A stretch of DNA of 64,000 bases, from the NCBI RefSeq assembly GCF_032191835.1, contig NC_083224.1:51708001-51772000 (forward strand). Direction: 5' to 3'. A model generated the notes under the pieces. It was not told the DNA's origin and ran no database searches. It was given only the letters and a program-made list of their open reading frames with translations. The stretch comes from Heteronotia binoei (lineage: Eukaryota). Positions within the stretch are counted from its first letter, which is position 1. Each line of letters starts with the position of its first letter. Of this stretch, positions 1 to 12,961 are shown piece after piece. Made by a program: the position numbers and the translations under genes.

Positions 1-187
1 GGGCTGTGGAATACTCCCATTGTGAGGGGATCCCCTGGCCACCTGGATGCAGGGACTGAGCTGTAAAGCTCAAAGGTCGATCCAGAGAGGCTGATCACCA
101 CTAACGGTGTGGTGCCTAGGGTGCTCACCATTCCCAACATAACTAACACCCAACTAACAACGGCCACCACCAGGGCCAAGCCTCTGC

Positions 188-784
188 TTATGCCCCAGTG
201 CTCATTAAACCATCCAGTGCCTTTAACAGCCCTTGATGTATGTCTTCCAAAAATAGTTCGTTGCCCTTTACAGACAGGTACACCCCGTCTGGTCTATACA
301 GTTCCACAATGTTGGAACGAATAGCCGGGTGCGGAATATAAATTCCCAGACCCTTCTCCAGTGCTATCCTGATGGCCCTATTGGCTTTCTTACAAGCCCT
401 CTCCAACCCCGCAGGGTCCCATGCCACCCGCCACTCACGGCGCGACAGCATGGCTGACCACAGAATGGTTACACCCGGCCATCTGGCACAGATCAGGGAC
501 AGGTCAGCCTGGGCCTGCAGCGAAAGGGCCTTCCCTTTCCACAATCCCAGGTCATTCCCACCAAGGTGGATCACCAGAATATGAGGTGGAGGACTCCGCC
601 TCCTTTCAAAAAGAAGTGGCAATAGCCCCAGCCACCTCATGCCGCGGCGACCCTGCCACTCAATAATGGCCCTCTCACTCAGGCCCAGCTGCAACCCCAC
701 CATCGTCCTTCCAGCCTGATGAGCTGTCCAAAAGACTATACTGTGGCCGTAGATCAGTATCTTCCACCTCTCCTCATGGGTCAC
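188..784 (-). CDS. SGNH/GDSL-like hydrolase ORF of the Ngaro element (198 aa)
   Basis: Block I GHSIV, block II GRRGMRW, block III HLGGNDLG, block V PDGVYL. The expected DxxH His reads Tyr (TAC versus CAC). Confidence 0.85.
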   Translation of the reverse strand: MTHEERWKILIYGHSIVFWTAHQAGRTMVGLQLGLSERAIIEWQGRRGMRWLGLLPLLFERRRSPPPHILVIHLGGNDLGLWKGKALSLQAQADLSLICARWPGVTILWSAMLSRREWRVAWDPAGLERACKKANRAIRIALEKGLGIYIPHPAIRSNIVELYRPDGVYLSVKGNELFLEDIHQGLLKALDGLMSTGA

Positions 785-903
785 AGGACCTATAATAAAA
801 CATAGTCAATAACAATTCATAACCTGAAATTTAACGATTAACAAGAAGGTGAAGAGGGGGGGAAGGAGGAGGGTGCTGCAGCTTAAATAACAAGGCTTCC
901 CTT

Positions 904-1895
904 TTACTGCAGAGGCAAGGGCCACACATATGTTTGGTAACCCCTGGACTTCCACTGCCCCACTCTTCGAATGTCCTTGCTCCCATAACCTAAGGCAGCT
1001 GCAGTAGACGCTGCCACAATCCTGAAGGAATGGGTGCCAAATTTAACTTCCCCCAAACCTAACATCACCAGTGCACGACAAGTGATGGTCCAAAATTGGT
1101 ACTTTGTCAGAGGAGTGGTATGCTCATGATGAAACAAAGGGCCAGACCTCTCCCTCCACAGCTCTGTATAATTTTTAAAGGCCAATACCAGGCACAGCTC
1201 CTTCTCAGAGCAAGGGCCTAAGAGCACAACACATCCCCTCTGCCTTTGGTCGGTTTTAGACCGTCTAACCCATATGGCCACCTGTTTGCCTTTGAACTTG
1301 ATGTCTCTCCTCTGCAGGGACCAAGCTGATGCATCATTACAGAACATAGCCACTAACTCCGATACCCGCAATGCCCCCCAAAAGGCTGTCAGCACTGCTG
1401 CGTGAAACAGCGCTTCCTCAAAGGCCAAAGCACAGATGGCGCCCCATGTGATATATAGCCCTTTAAGTATCAAGGGGGAAATGGGCTGCCTCCGGTCGGC
1501 CCTTGGGCTGTCCTCAGGGACCATCCCTCTAACATTTTTTGGATCCTAAAATCCCTTGTGGCTTTTTGGAACCCCTGGGTCTTGCTTATGAACACCAGCC
1601 CTGCCAGCTGTCCCCTAATATTTTTTACCGTCAGGCCCCTTTTCTTTTGCGCAATGCAAAAATCCATCAGATGATCCACCGGGATTGGCCAGCTATCTAA
1701 AAGCCCAGACTCACGGCTAAAGACATTGAACTGGCTCGCTGACCGGTCGTACAACTTCCCAGTACTGGGCGCTATAGCAAGTTGGATTGCCCTACCAGCT
1801 TCAGCCCTCCAATCCTCCACAGTTCCGCAGGGATACGCACCAGAAACAGGTTGGCCTCTGGGGCGAGCTGGCGGAATTGCTCCATCTGTTGGCAA
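904..1895 (-). pseudogene. Tyrosine recombinase of the element, split by a frameshift near 1500-1520
   Basis: ORF 1470-1895 encodes the N-terminal SAM-like part. ORF 904-1524 has LRVSELV, RSKTDQ, HSFRIVAAS and GQWKS..YQTY motifs. Confidence 0.9.
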
Positions 1896-3334
1896 GACAA
1901 GGCGTCCGCCACTCCATTACAAATGCTTGGGACATGCTTTGCCAAAAACAGTACATTCAACTAAAGACAACAAAGCGTAAAAACCCGCACCAGGCTCATA
2001 ACCTGCGGGGACCTCAAGGTCAGGTTGTTTATCACGTGGACCACCGCCATGTTGTCACACCAAAAATGCACTGTTTTATTGGCCAATGAATGTCCCCATA
2101 AAAAGAGGGTAATGACAATAGGAAAAAACTCCAAGAAGGTCAGGTTTCGGCACAAGTCCAACGCCAACCACTCTGGAGGCCAGGGCTCGGCACACCAGTG
2201 CCCTCAAAAGAAGATCCCAGAACCTATAGTGCCGGCAGCGTCCGATGTAATCTGGAGCTCCGCCTCCAGTTTCATGTCCTCCTGCCAGAATGAAGCACCA
2301 TTAAAGGTCAGCAAAAACTCCTCCCAGACCTTCAGGTCGCTGCGCATGCCCTTGGTTATTCGCATGTGATGGTGAGGCATCTGGAGGTCTGCCATGGCAT
2401 CGCAGAAATGCTGCAGAAATGCCTGCCCAGGGGCTAAAACTTTGCGTGCAAAGTTCAAATGGCCCACCAACTGTTGCAATTCAAGAAGGGTGACCTTCTG
2501 CTTTATCTTCACTGCCCACACTCTACTCAAAATGACCTGCAATTACTCCACTGGCATCTGGGAGGCCTGGCTCCCTGTATCAAGTTCAATACCTAAGAAG
2601 GTAAGAACCATAGCTGGACCTTCTGTTTTTTCCGGGGCCAAAGGAACCCCCAGGGCATTGGACAGCTTAATAAAAGTGTTCAACAAAAATGCACACTGCC
2701 CGGATCCCGCCGGCGCCACCAGGAGAAAATCATCTAAGTAATGTGCTGTATCGTGCTGACCTGCCTTGACCCTAAGCGCCCACTCCAGGAAAGTACTGAA
2801 CCGCTATAAAGCAGCACAGGATACCGAACACCCCATCGGGAGCACCCTATCCATATAGTAGCTGCCCTCAAAAGCGAACCCTAACAGCTCAAAATCCTCA
2901 GGGTAGACAGGGAGAAGGCAAAATGCTGACTTAATGTCCCATTTCGCCATCTCCACACCCAAGCCACACCGCCGAATGATGCCCACCGCCCGGTCAAAGG
3001 AAGTATACAACTCCACCGGGATGGCATTGTTCACTGATCTGCCACATGGGTAGGATAGGTGATGAATGAGGCAGAACTCACTCTCTGTTTTCTTGGGGAC
3101 CATGACCAATGGTGACACATGAAGGTTAGGGACTGGGGGGTGTTGAAACGGGCCTAGCACCCGCCCTTCCGCACATTTCTTCTTAATCTTGGCATGAGCA
3201 ATGTGCTCCAAACCATTAACAGAACACAAATTAGAACAGGAAAATGGAGCCCAAGGGCCCTGGAAAGGGATTCTGAACCCTTTGGTAAAGCACTCCCACA
3301 AGTAACAGGGCGTTAGCCTTGTTAGGGTAGTCAT
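1772..3334 (-). pseudogene. Reverse transcriptase / RNase H of the element, interrupted by stops and frameshifts
   Basis: Fragments: LIHHLSYP, KWDIKSAFCLLPV, LPMGCSVSC, HYLDDFL, LVGHLNFA, TSDAAG, LEFFPIV, WCDNMAVV, NGVADALS. Confidence 0.92.
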
Positions 3335-6300
3335 GCAACAGGACCTTAAGGACCCTCAGCCAAATGGGGCTGGGTCCCTTTTCCAGTCTGCATTGCTGGC
3401 CCGCCTCCACCAAACCGCTTGCTGGCCCCTTTGGGCTTGGCCCTGTTACACAAGGTGAAAGCATGGGGGCCCCCGCACAATGGACATTCATGCTTGTATT
3501 TTCAAGCTTTTCTGGTACAAACACCCTATGAGGTAAACTCCCAACAAAGCAGCCGTGGCTGAACCGACTGCCCGCCCATGGGCGGGTGCCAGAAGAATGC
3601 AGGGCTTTATGAACAAGATGGTCACTATCAGATCTATCACCCCTATTTTGGTTTTGCCAGGACCAACTGTTGGTTGATCTGATCCCAGGGGAGGCCAGGG
3701 TTAACTGCAGCCCTCATATGAAATTCCTCATTGTATTGAAGCCCATCCTTGAGTTGCTACTGAAGCTGCAGATCAGGGAAAGAAACACTGTGAAAAGGCA
3801 TCAGATGTTTTACAAAGTAGATTAAAGCAAGGACGGTTGTGAAACTCACCCCTTTAACATTTTTCTGATGTGAAAATTCAACGCATTCCTGCTCTTTGGT
3901 GCATTGTCATTTTAGAAGTTCCATCAGGACATTGACAGCCTGTGAGTTGGAAAGATATCAGATGGTAGAGGAAGAGATGAGGGTTCATAGAACACGAGTG
4001 AATTTAAATTATGCTTTTTGGTTCTTCTTTTCCTGTAACTCAGATTAAGATCAAAAGTTCTTTGAAGTTAAACCCATCATTTGCTAAAGAATCACAGGGC
4101 AGCCTCAGACTTTTCACTGCCTGTGCTGACAAACCTAGATTGCCTCTTTTCCCTGTCAATCTTCTCCATCCCTGTCCCATCACCCATCTCTTCTGTCCAA
4201 CATCTTCTGAACCTGTCCATTTTTTCCCCCTCCATTAGCAGTAAAAAGCATCCACCAAACATGCACATGCTAGACACTGCTGTAAGCTGATGTGGTCTTA
4301 CCTAATGCTGAAATAGTGACCACCTAGTTCAAAGCTGAGACATGGAAAGAAAGGTACACAGCTCAGTCTCTTAGCTACTGTGCTCTACTAGCTCTCAGAC
4401 TATCTGTGTGAGCTAGGTACGCATCTTCTTATGGTTTTGATAGATGGTGCTGTCAAGGCCAAATGAATGATCAAGCCCGATTTATTGTTAAAGGCCTTTG
4501 CTTCCATTTTGCACCTTGAGCCATGCTAGTGTCTGGTGTTTTTTTCTTTTTCTTCTCAACTCTCTGGGGATGTTTTTAACTATTATTGGAAGCCATCCTG
4601 GATGAGTTTCAGAAAACTGCCAAACCTGCCCATCTTTACAAATATTTGGGAAGCCTCAAATCAGATTATTTAAAATGTGACTTGTACCAGCTCCCTAAAA
4701 CAGAAGTTTGAGAATCCCTGACAGAGATGTCTGTGAATGCATCTCTTAGCCATCTGTGCCAGCTGATATCTCCTGCTAAAACCAATCCTATGCTGTGCTC
4801 TTTAATGTGGGGGTAATGTGACCCAGGCCATGCCTTATCTTTTCCTCCCTTGTCCTTTTTGCAACCTATGAATAAACATCTAGCCACCTGTTGGATTTCA
4901 GCTGCTCACACTGGGCAGCTAATAAGTGCAAGCTCATGGGCACAGATGTCCTCCCCGCAAACTGCCAAGAGCTGAAGCAGAAACTCATTCCTAAACTGGA
5001 CTGCTAGTCTGCCTGTTCCACTTTGTTGGTCTTTCTAATCAGCACTTGACAAGCTCTGCTATCTTAACTGGCAGCAAGCCCTGAATCTGCTCTGTGACAT
5101 TGGCCAGACTTATGCTAAAGAAATACCTTGTCAGTCAGTTGCAGCCCACTCTGCTGACCAGCTCCCACCCCAACACAGTGGTTACAATGCCAGGGTAGCA
5201 AAGCTCAGTTCTTGTTTCCACTCCACATTTTCTACCGGGCTACAATTTACAGATGTACCTTCCAGAATTAAAACTGTGTTTTTGCCAGAGAGGAAGAATC
5301 AATGGAAAGGACAGATTGACTGAGCAATTCTAGTTTCGTCAGCCAAATGAGCTGTTTTTAGAATGGCTCAGCATGCTGTTGAAATGGAAGCATTTGAAAC
5401 AGCAGCCCTTAATGTACCACTGCGTCTCTATCTGGTTTCTGATTCTTTACCATGCAAAGCAAAGCTAACACTTGCGTTGTGGAAATAATGTCCATTCATG
5501 GTTGCTCATGTGTGGCAATAGGAGTCCAGCAGTGAAATTCCCCCAAGTCACCTTTGAGTAACTAATGGTGCATACCGGTGAGGATTTGTTGTCAATTCAT
5601 GCTTTGCAATTATAGCTGGCATTGCTGGATACAGGATTGATTGAGGAACCTAGCCTGCCATAACTCTGGCACATACACCTACTTGTTTAACAGAATCACT
5701 GGGACCCTTTTTGGTTTTATTTATTTATTTATTTGAGCATTTATACCTCACTTTTCCAGGGTGACCTACAACAATAGTTTGGAAACAAGGTATTAAGTGG
5801 AGCGCTGCTGCTGAAATGCCAGTAGCTATGCTACATTAAGAGTATTGCATTAATTGTAATGGTTCAGTAATGCTCTCTCTTTGGGTTAGAATATCACCAT
5901 AGGAAAGAGATGCTATCTGGAGAAAGCATATGCCAGAGCTCTTCTGTTTCCTTTCTCAGGTCCAAGTACTCTCCATATTTAAAATCAGGAAGCAGTTTGT
6001 CTCCACTTCAAGGTACATGTTGATCCTGTGAAATAGTTTACTTCCTGGCTCACATGGCTTGGATCCCACAACAAATTTCCATTCAAAGAATGAGGGTTGC
6101 TCCGTCCCCCTGAAAACCTCCAAGTCTGCACTCATGCTGTTCCTAGAGAGGTTCCCTGTTCCTCAGGAGCACCATTTTGGAGAGGGGGAGATGAGGACTT
6201 TCCAGTTCCGTTATGGAACTTCCTTATATCCAAGGAAATTTACCATGGGATCCCAAGGTAATTTCTCTCCCTGATGTGATATTTGCTCTTCTTCTGTCTT

Positions 6301-6980
6301 CTTCCAGGAAGACATCTAGGTGTACAGCTGAGAAGCTTACTACTTGTCTTGAGCTATCTCTTTGCTTTCTAATAATGTGACCCAAGAGCCTCTTGGCTTC
6401 TTGGCAGTATTGTGGAATGAACTGTCATCATCACGAGTCATCCAGATAATGTATGATTTCAAAAATGGGTCTAGGTGGGGAAAGATTGATGATCATCACT
6501 ATGTTTAAGCCCATTAGCATGTAACATCAGGTGCCAAAATTTGCTTCCCTGGCAATGTTTTCTGGGCCCTCCTGCCAGGACTGTAACTTGGCTTCAACTT
6601 TTACTATGGAGCTTTATTGCAACATTCATTTGTGTGTGCAGATAAATGGACCTGTTGTAATTTCACCTTGGCAGATTCCTGATGTTGTTACGAATGCCCC
6701 TGGTTGGAACGAAGACTTCTGGCAGTTCTGTGTTGGTCTTGAAAATGCTTTCCTTAGATAGAAAATTCTATTGATAGAATTTCTGGCTGCTGATGGCATA
6801 TCCACCTTTACCCGTGTGCAATACTCACTTGCAGAGTAATTGTTCAGAGGATGGGTTATAGCTGTGAAGGTTGGTTTTGGCTCATTCACACACATAAGTG
6901 AGTGAAGGCATCAAGTGATGAACGTATATATGTGAGTGATTCCTAAATTAAAAAACTAATGTTTTCTAAGAACCAAGTTG

Positions 6981-7272
6981 CATAGAATTATAGAGTTGGA
7001 AGGGACCTCCAGGGTCATCTAGTCCAACCCCCTGCATAATGCAGGAAACTCACAAATACCGCTCCCTAAATTCACAGGATCTTCATTGCTGTCAGATGGC
7101 CATCCAGCCTCTGTTTAAAAACCTCCAAGGAAGGAGAGCCCACCACCTCCTGAGGAAGCCTGTTCCACTGACGAACCACTCTAACGGTCAGGAAGTTCTT
7201 CCTAATGTTGAGCCAGAAACTCCTTTGATTTAATTTCAACCCATTGGTTCTGGTTCTACCTTCTGAGGCCAC
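6981..7272 (-). mobile_element. CR1 LINE 3' fragment
   Basis: Encodes the CR1 ORF2 C-terminus (NIRKNFLTVRVVRQWNRLPQEVVGSPSLEVFKQRLD), followed by a CR1-type 3' UTR and tail. Confidence 0.85.
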
Positions 7273-7779
7273 ATGATATGTTTGGCCATGTTTTTGCCCT
7301 GTTGTGGGGTTGTACGTTTATGGAACACTGCACATATTCAGTGCATCTGCAGACCTCACAATGGGGCAAATAATGCCTCTATTCCCCCCCCCCCCCGAGC
7401 CTTTTGAGCCTGAAAAATAGTGTAGGGGAGGCTGTAGTCCCTCCTCTTCCACTGCTGTGGCCTCAATCCAGTTTGGGCCCTGTAGCACTTGGGTATGTAT
7501 CCTGCAGCTGCCATAAGCTGTGGGGAAAGGGAGTTGTGTTGGGGGAACCCTGACCAACTTGTGGCCAAACATATCACATTATTTGGTCCTAAGTGGCTGC
7601 AGTTTCTCAGCGTCTTGCTTAGTAGCTGACATCATTCTCTCTCAGAGACTGACCAACCTTTGACCCAGTCAAATGGAATTTCAAACTTTTTCTGACAAAA
7701 TGAGCAAAATTGGCAGCTTTCTTACTTTCCATACTATGCTGAATTTGCTATGATTATTTATCTATATTTATTTGCAATA

Positions 7780-8000
7780 GTCCGCCTTTCTCACTGAGAC
7801 TCAAAAAAGATTGCATAGCGCAAGTAAAGTACAGTCAACAAGATGGAAGAGCCCCAATGAACAGTGCAAAAAGGTTTGAGATGAAGATATCTGAAACAGA
7901 GCTGAAGCAATCTTGGAACAAAGCATAAGTATTTAAACAGCTCTAACTTGAAAAGGCATTTCCATTTCTCACAGAAGAGTGGTACCCTTCTCAAGAATCC
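7780..8000 (-). mobile_element. Degraded L2-type LINE 3' fragment
   Basis: Resembles the 3' UTR and ORF end of the L2 copies at 44375 and 62130. Boundaries approximate. Confidence 0.5.
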
Positions 8001-9042
8001 AGGCAGGGGTGGAATGGTCATTATTACTTTTACGTTCCCAGTGGATTTAAGTATGAATTTCATGACAGAAATGATATACTTTTACCAAGTGATCAAATGC
8101 CATTGAGTTCAGAGGGAACGTGCTACTTTTCTTGAGTGGAGAATACAGTTCTTTAACTGGAGAGCTGCCTAAAGAACATTAACCTAGTGACATACTGACC
8201 ACATGTTGGAGTTTTGATCTCTTTTCATTCTGCTCCCTCCAGTTGTCTCTGAGTAACAGAGACAACTGAATTGATGTCTAGTCAATAATGCCTTACAGAG
8301 CCAATCACAGCAATGATACCAAATAGGGTGTTACTAGCTGTTATGAAGATTCAGGCTTGAAGCATCCAACCTCAAAGCTATAACTAGCTCAGAGCATCAC
8401 TGGGGTGGGGGGCAACAGAAAAGATTCAGCCTGTGCATCATGATTGAAAGGATGGGCAAAGAAAATAGCTCTGTAAATATAAGCTACAGTCAGTGAGATC
8501 CATCTGGATACTAGTAGGTTACATGAAAAACTCTGTCTCTTTCCAAACTGTATTTTGTTACATCCATTCACAAGTGGGAAGCAATTGCTGAAAATAAAAT
8601 TTCAGTGAGGGGGTATGCCACAATGACGTCAGGGGCTTTCCAAAAGTGAAAGCTATGGTTGTGTTCTAGACATAACACCAAACTATGGTTTAGTCTGCTT
8701 TAGTGACAAATCAAAATTTGCTATTATATCTGAACTGGCAAACTATGGTTTGTAGTTGCCCTCCCCACCAGATGAGGATTAAAAGATTAGCTTCCATCAG
8801 TGGTTAGCAGTTGTGGTTTGGAGGGCAAGCTTCAAATATTAATTAAAATGGAAGTCATTAAAGTGCAATCCCAAATAGATTTGCACCCTTCTAAACCCAT
8901 TGATTTCAGTGGACTTAGAAGCATGCAGCTCTACTTAGGGTGTCACTGTAACTGTCTCACAACATTTGAGAGAAGGAGGAAGAGGAAGAGGGAACATGCA
9001 AATCTAAAGCTAGTGCAGATAGCACCAAGTCTTGGTTTGCAG

Positions 9043-9237
9043 CAGGGCTTTTTTGTAGAAAAAGTCCAGCAGGGAATCATTGGCATATTAGGCCACACCC
9101 CCAATGTCACCATTGTTTTGTGCAGGGCTTTTTTGTAGAAAAAGCCTGGCAGGAACTTATTTGCATATTAAGCCGCACCCCAATGCCAAGCCAGCCGGAA
9201 CCGCATTCCTGTCCATTCCTGCTCAAAAAAAGCCCTA
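9043..9237. mobile_element. hAT-family MITE with duplicated left end
   Basis: TIR CAGGGCTTTTTT...AAAAAAGCCCTA. Perfect 8-bp TSD GTTTGCAG (9035-9042, 9238-9245). Confidence 0.88.
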
Positions 9238-10388
9238 GTTTGCAGTTATATCTGACCCACAAGTCAGTGATACAGTTTAGATGTTATGGCTGAATCATAA
9301 ATTGGCTATTATGGAAACAAATCTGAGGAAGGGCTCGTGTGTTCCCTCCCTCACTGTTGCTCTTCCCTCATATTTGGGTCAATAATGAAATAAATTCTCA
9401 GTAAACCATAGTTTATTGTTACATCCCAAACTCAACCTGTGGTTTGTACTTGTCCCTCCAAAACAAGCTTTCAAAATATGTTTCAATCCTGGTTCAATGG
9501 AATGAGACCATAGTTTGGACACAAATCTAGTATTTCATTATTAAAAAACATCTATGAGAGGAGTGTGGAGACAGCAATGGTTTTCAATGGTTTGTTTTAT
9601 ATCAGCCAGACTCTGAACCAGGACCATATGTTTGTCAAGGAAAAAAAAACCTTGAAGGCAACAGAATCATACAATTCAGAGCTCAGGAGTCTAAGGGATC
9701 TCCAAATGATCTGCTCATACCATAATTTCCCCTTTTTGTGCTGTAAATGTGCTAGCCCAATCAAAGGTAGGAATGTTCATTCAGCAATTCTGTACAAAAC
9801 CTTTCCTATATAAATATATTTAATATAACTAATCAAATTGCTAAAACTGATGGCACCCAGCAATATTAATTTCATTTCATTTATATCCCGCCCTACCCCA
9901 CCAAAGCGGGCTCAGGGTGGCTCACAACATAAAAAACAACTGGCTGCTATTCTGATGTATCTCTTTCTTTGTTTATTGTTGCATAAAATGAGAGAAGCAG
10001 AAGGGGGGAGAGTGTCTTAGCCAGTCATGTAGCTGACAGGGACATCTTCCAACCAGAAAAGTTTGTAGATATTTGAACCAAACAGGGTAATTTCCATAGA
10101 AGCTTCTGGGCATTGTCCACAAACCACTGCATTTCCCCTACAGTTCTAGGAAGAGTTTTCTTATATAAGGAGTAGATTTCTCTTAGACTCTGTCCCATTC
10201 TCTGCTCTGCTGTGGAGCTATCCCTGCCTATCTGTTAAGGACAACATGTTTTTCATGACACTTTCTGAAGGCAGGCATAGTAGACTGCGAGGGCAGGGAA
10301 TATAGAGTGAGGCAAGGCCCTTGATTAAAGGGATTCCACCCTTACTTTGGACTTAGTTGTTTTAATAGGCAATCCCTTTAGTGACTAA

Positions 10389-10478
10389 CAATGCAATCCC
10401 AAGGAGAATTACTCCAGTCTAAGCCTATTCATTTCAATGGGCTTAGACTAGAGTAACTCTCTTTAGGATTGCACTGTA
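10389..10478. mobile_element. Short (~90 bp) palindromic MITE
   Basis: Fold-back CAATGCAATCC...GGATTGCACTG with an internal ccagtctaagcc/ggcttagactag stem. A related degraded copy lies at ~8863-8948. Confidence 0.65.
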
Positions 10479-12371
10479 AGTGTCTGGGGACCTGAAACTT
10501 GGAAAGTCTCATAAAAGCACCTGAGTGTAGCCATGCTATTGAATGCCCAAGAATAAGGAAAGGTGGGCTGGAATTGTGCAGTCTCCCCCAGATCAAGTGC
10601 CATATTTGTTCTCAAGAACAAAAAAAAAAAAACCCTTTCAATGCTAAATTCTGAGGTATGCCTAATGCAATCATATTCCTTGCTGGAAGGGAGACTTTGT
10701 CAAGGCAATGTGAGCAATTTTCAGACATAGACAGGTAGGCAACCCTTAAGTATTGCTAATTTGATCCAGTCATTGATAAAGGCAGCCTAACAATTGTATG
10801 GGCTATCAGGAAGATGCTTAAACCCACCATTCACTTCCCATTTTTTGTCAATATACTGAACCCATCCAACAACCCATACCATCTTGATGCCAGGTTTTTC
10901 CCTACTACTCTTCCTGCCAGATTTTGACAGCAGTTACCTTGAAACTGCGTAGTTAGATTCAAACTTCATATCTTGGACCAATCAGGTTCCTGGGAAATTG
11001 GGTTCCTGTATCTAACTATGAGCTCCTTCTCCTTAAAAAAACCCATCCCTATTCAGTGGAAAGTGTGCCAGGTTTTCCATTACTTGAACATCCCTGTATC
11101 TGTGTTACAGGCTCCTCTCCAGGCCTCAAGCTCAGGATTTCAGCTTGTCCCATCCCTAAAACTTCCCAGTTTCCTCCCTTGTCCTTATCCAGTATACCCT
11201 GGTGTGCTTGTGTGATTACTTAGAGAACTATTTCTCAGGTGCTTAGTGTAGGTTCTTTACATTTTTACATCTTTTATTTTATTTTGCAGACAATAAAGCT
11301 TTTTTTAAAAAAAATCACTCTCTCTTCATAATTTTATTGTGGGTACCCCTACTGAGATCCACACTGGTATACAAAGACTAAGATCCTTAGTCCTTTCTAG
11401 AACCTTTTTAAAGCTAATTTCCTCTTCTTTGGGTTCAGTTTGAGTAACAGTAGTGCCAATTCATGCCTCCCTGTGTGTAAATGAGTATTTTAATTGCTTG
11501 TAAAACAGAGATACTTTCTCCTGTCTGCCTGAAAATTGGCAGGGGGAGATCCCTTGGGTTAGAAGTACAATCCGTGAAAAATGGGGCAGGGAGAGGAAGT
11601 TGTATTGTTTTAATTAATGATCTCACAGACATTATCCCAATAGCTGTCAGTGATGCATGTGCAACCACAATCGACACCATGTGCCAGTGGGAGGAAGGAA
11701 TGCCATTGTCCTTGCAGCAGATTCTTGTTCATTGCACATGCTGAGAGAAACAGTATCCCTGCCACAAGAGGGGTATCTGGAGGAAAGAATGATAAATAGA
11801 CCTGTAAAGTCTGGGAGAAAACAGGATGGATATACTGTATTTCTATAATCTTCTTACGCTATAATCTTAGAGTTCACTGCCTTGGGTTTGTTTTAATGGA
11901 ATCTAATGTTTGCTTTAACAGACTAATGTCCCTTATTCTTGTAGAATTTAGTCTTCCTTGTGATAATCCCTCTTTTATTACTGTCTTTCTTGTGCTGTAT
12001 GGGCTTGTTGGGCTTTGTGACCCATCTATAAATATGGAATGCTACTATTTAAAATAGTTCTTGGATTTGACTGGAGGACTCTATTATTGGGCTGATTATT
12101 CAGGTAATCCTATGGACAGAAGAGCACAATGAAAACAAAGGGCAATATTGCAATCACTCAGGGATAAGCGTATCATAAATGGTCAGAGCTGGGAGAGACA
12201 CAAAATTTCAGGGGTCCAGTTCATCCTGTGCAATCAGGGAGTCAGACTAGATGCTTCTACAGGACAGTAACAGTATACCTGTTCTAATCATACATACATT
12301 GTTCTAAATGTGAAATGGGACTCCAAGTGTGGGAAGGGAGAGAATCTTTCTCTGAGGAGTCATGGTGGCTC

Positions 12372-12670
12372 TTGGCAGCCTTGTTTGTGTAATGGTTAAA
12401 TGTACAGACTCTTATCTGAGAGAACTGGGTTTGATTCCCCACTCCTCCACAAGGATTTGCTGATGTGACCTTGGGTCAGCCACAAGTTCTCTCAAAGCTG
12501 TTCTGCTCAAGAGCAGTTCTTGGAGAGCTCTCTCAGCCCCATCTACCTCACAGGCTGTCTGTTGTGGGGAAGGGAAGGGAAAGGAGCTTGTAGGCCACTT
12601 TGAATTCCTTTGGGTAGTGAAGGATGGGTTATAAATCCAATCTCCTCCTTCTCCTCTTCTTCGTCTTTTC
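12372..12670 (+). mobile_element. tRNA-derived squamate SINE
   Basis: tRNA-like head (gtgtaatggttaa...ggtttgattcccc), squamate SINE body and (ctt)n tail. An opposite-orientation sibling lies at 61088-61385. Confidence 0.8.
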
Positions 12671-12741
12671 CTCAGAATCTCTGAACTACTTCCTGAATTT
12701 TTTCCTTGCATATCAGTGGAAATTCTGCCATAGGAATCAAT

Positions 12742-12961
12742 TAGGGTTGCCAGCCTCCAGATGGGGTCTGAAGATCTCCCACTTTTACAACTGATCTCCA
12801 GCTGGCAGAGATCAACTTCCCTGGAGAAAATGGCTGCTTTGAAGAGTAGACACAACATCATTGTATCTTGCTGAGGCCCCTCCCCTCCCCAAGCCCTGCC
12901 CCTCTCCTGCATCCACCCCCAATGTCTCCAGGTATTTTCCAACACAGACCTAGCAACCCTA
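12742..12961. mobile_element. hAT MITE (TAGGGTTGCC family)
   Basis: TIR TAGGGTTGC...GCAACCCTA. Perfect 8-bp TSD GAATCAAT (12734-12741, 12962-12969). Confidence 0.9.

Larger units (their letters stand above)
1..3610 (-). mobile_element. Ngaro/DIRS-type tyrosine-recombinase retrotransposon, decayed, 5'-truncated in gag; 3' end probably runs off the window start
   Basis: Minus-strand order is gag zinc finger (KYKHECPLCGGPHAFTLC, ~3450-3510), RT (YLDDFL at 2723-2740), DIRS-type RNase H, tyrosine recombinase overlapping RNase H, then an SGNH hydrolase ORF. No methyltransferase domain seen. Confidence 0.93.

Noticed and set aside
188-784. Hydrolase ORF intact while RT is broken: possible domestication
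   Set aside because: Only a handful of disablements occur over the other ~2.7 kb, so a clean 600 nt is expected by chance. The catalytic His is also lost.
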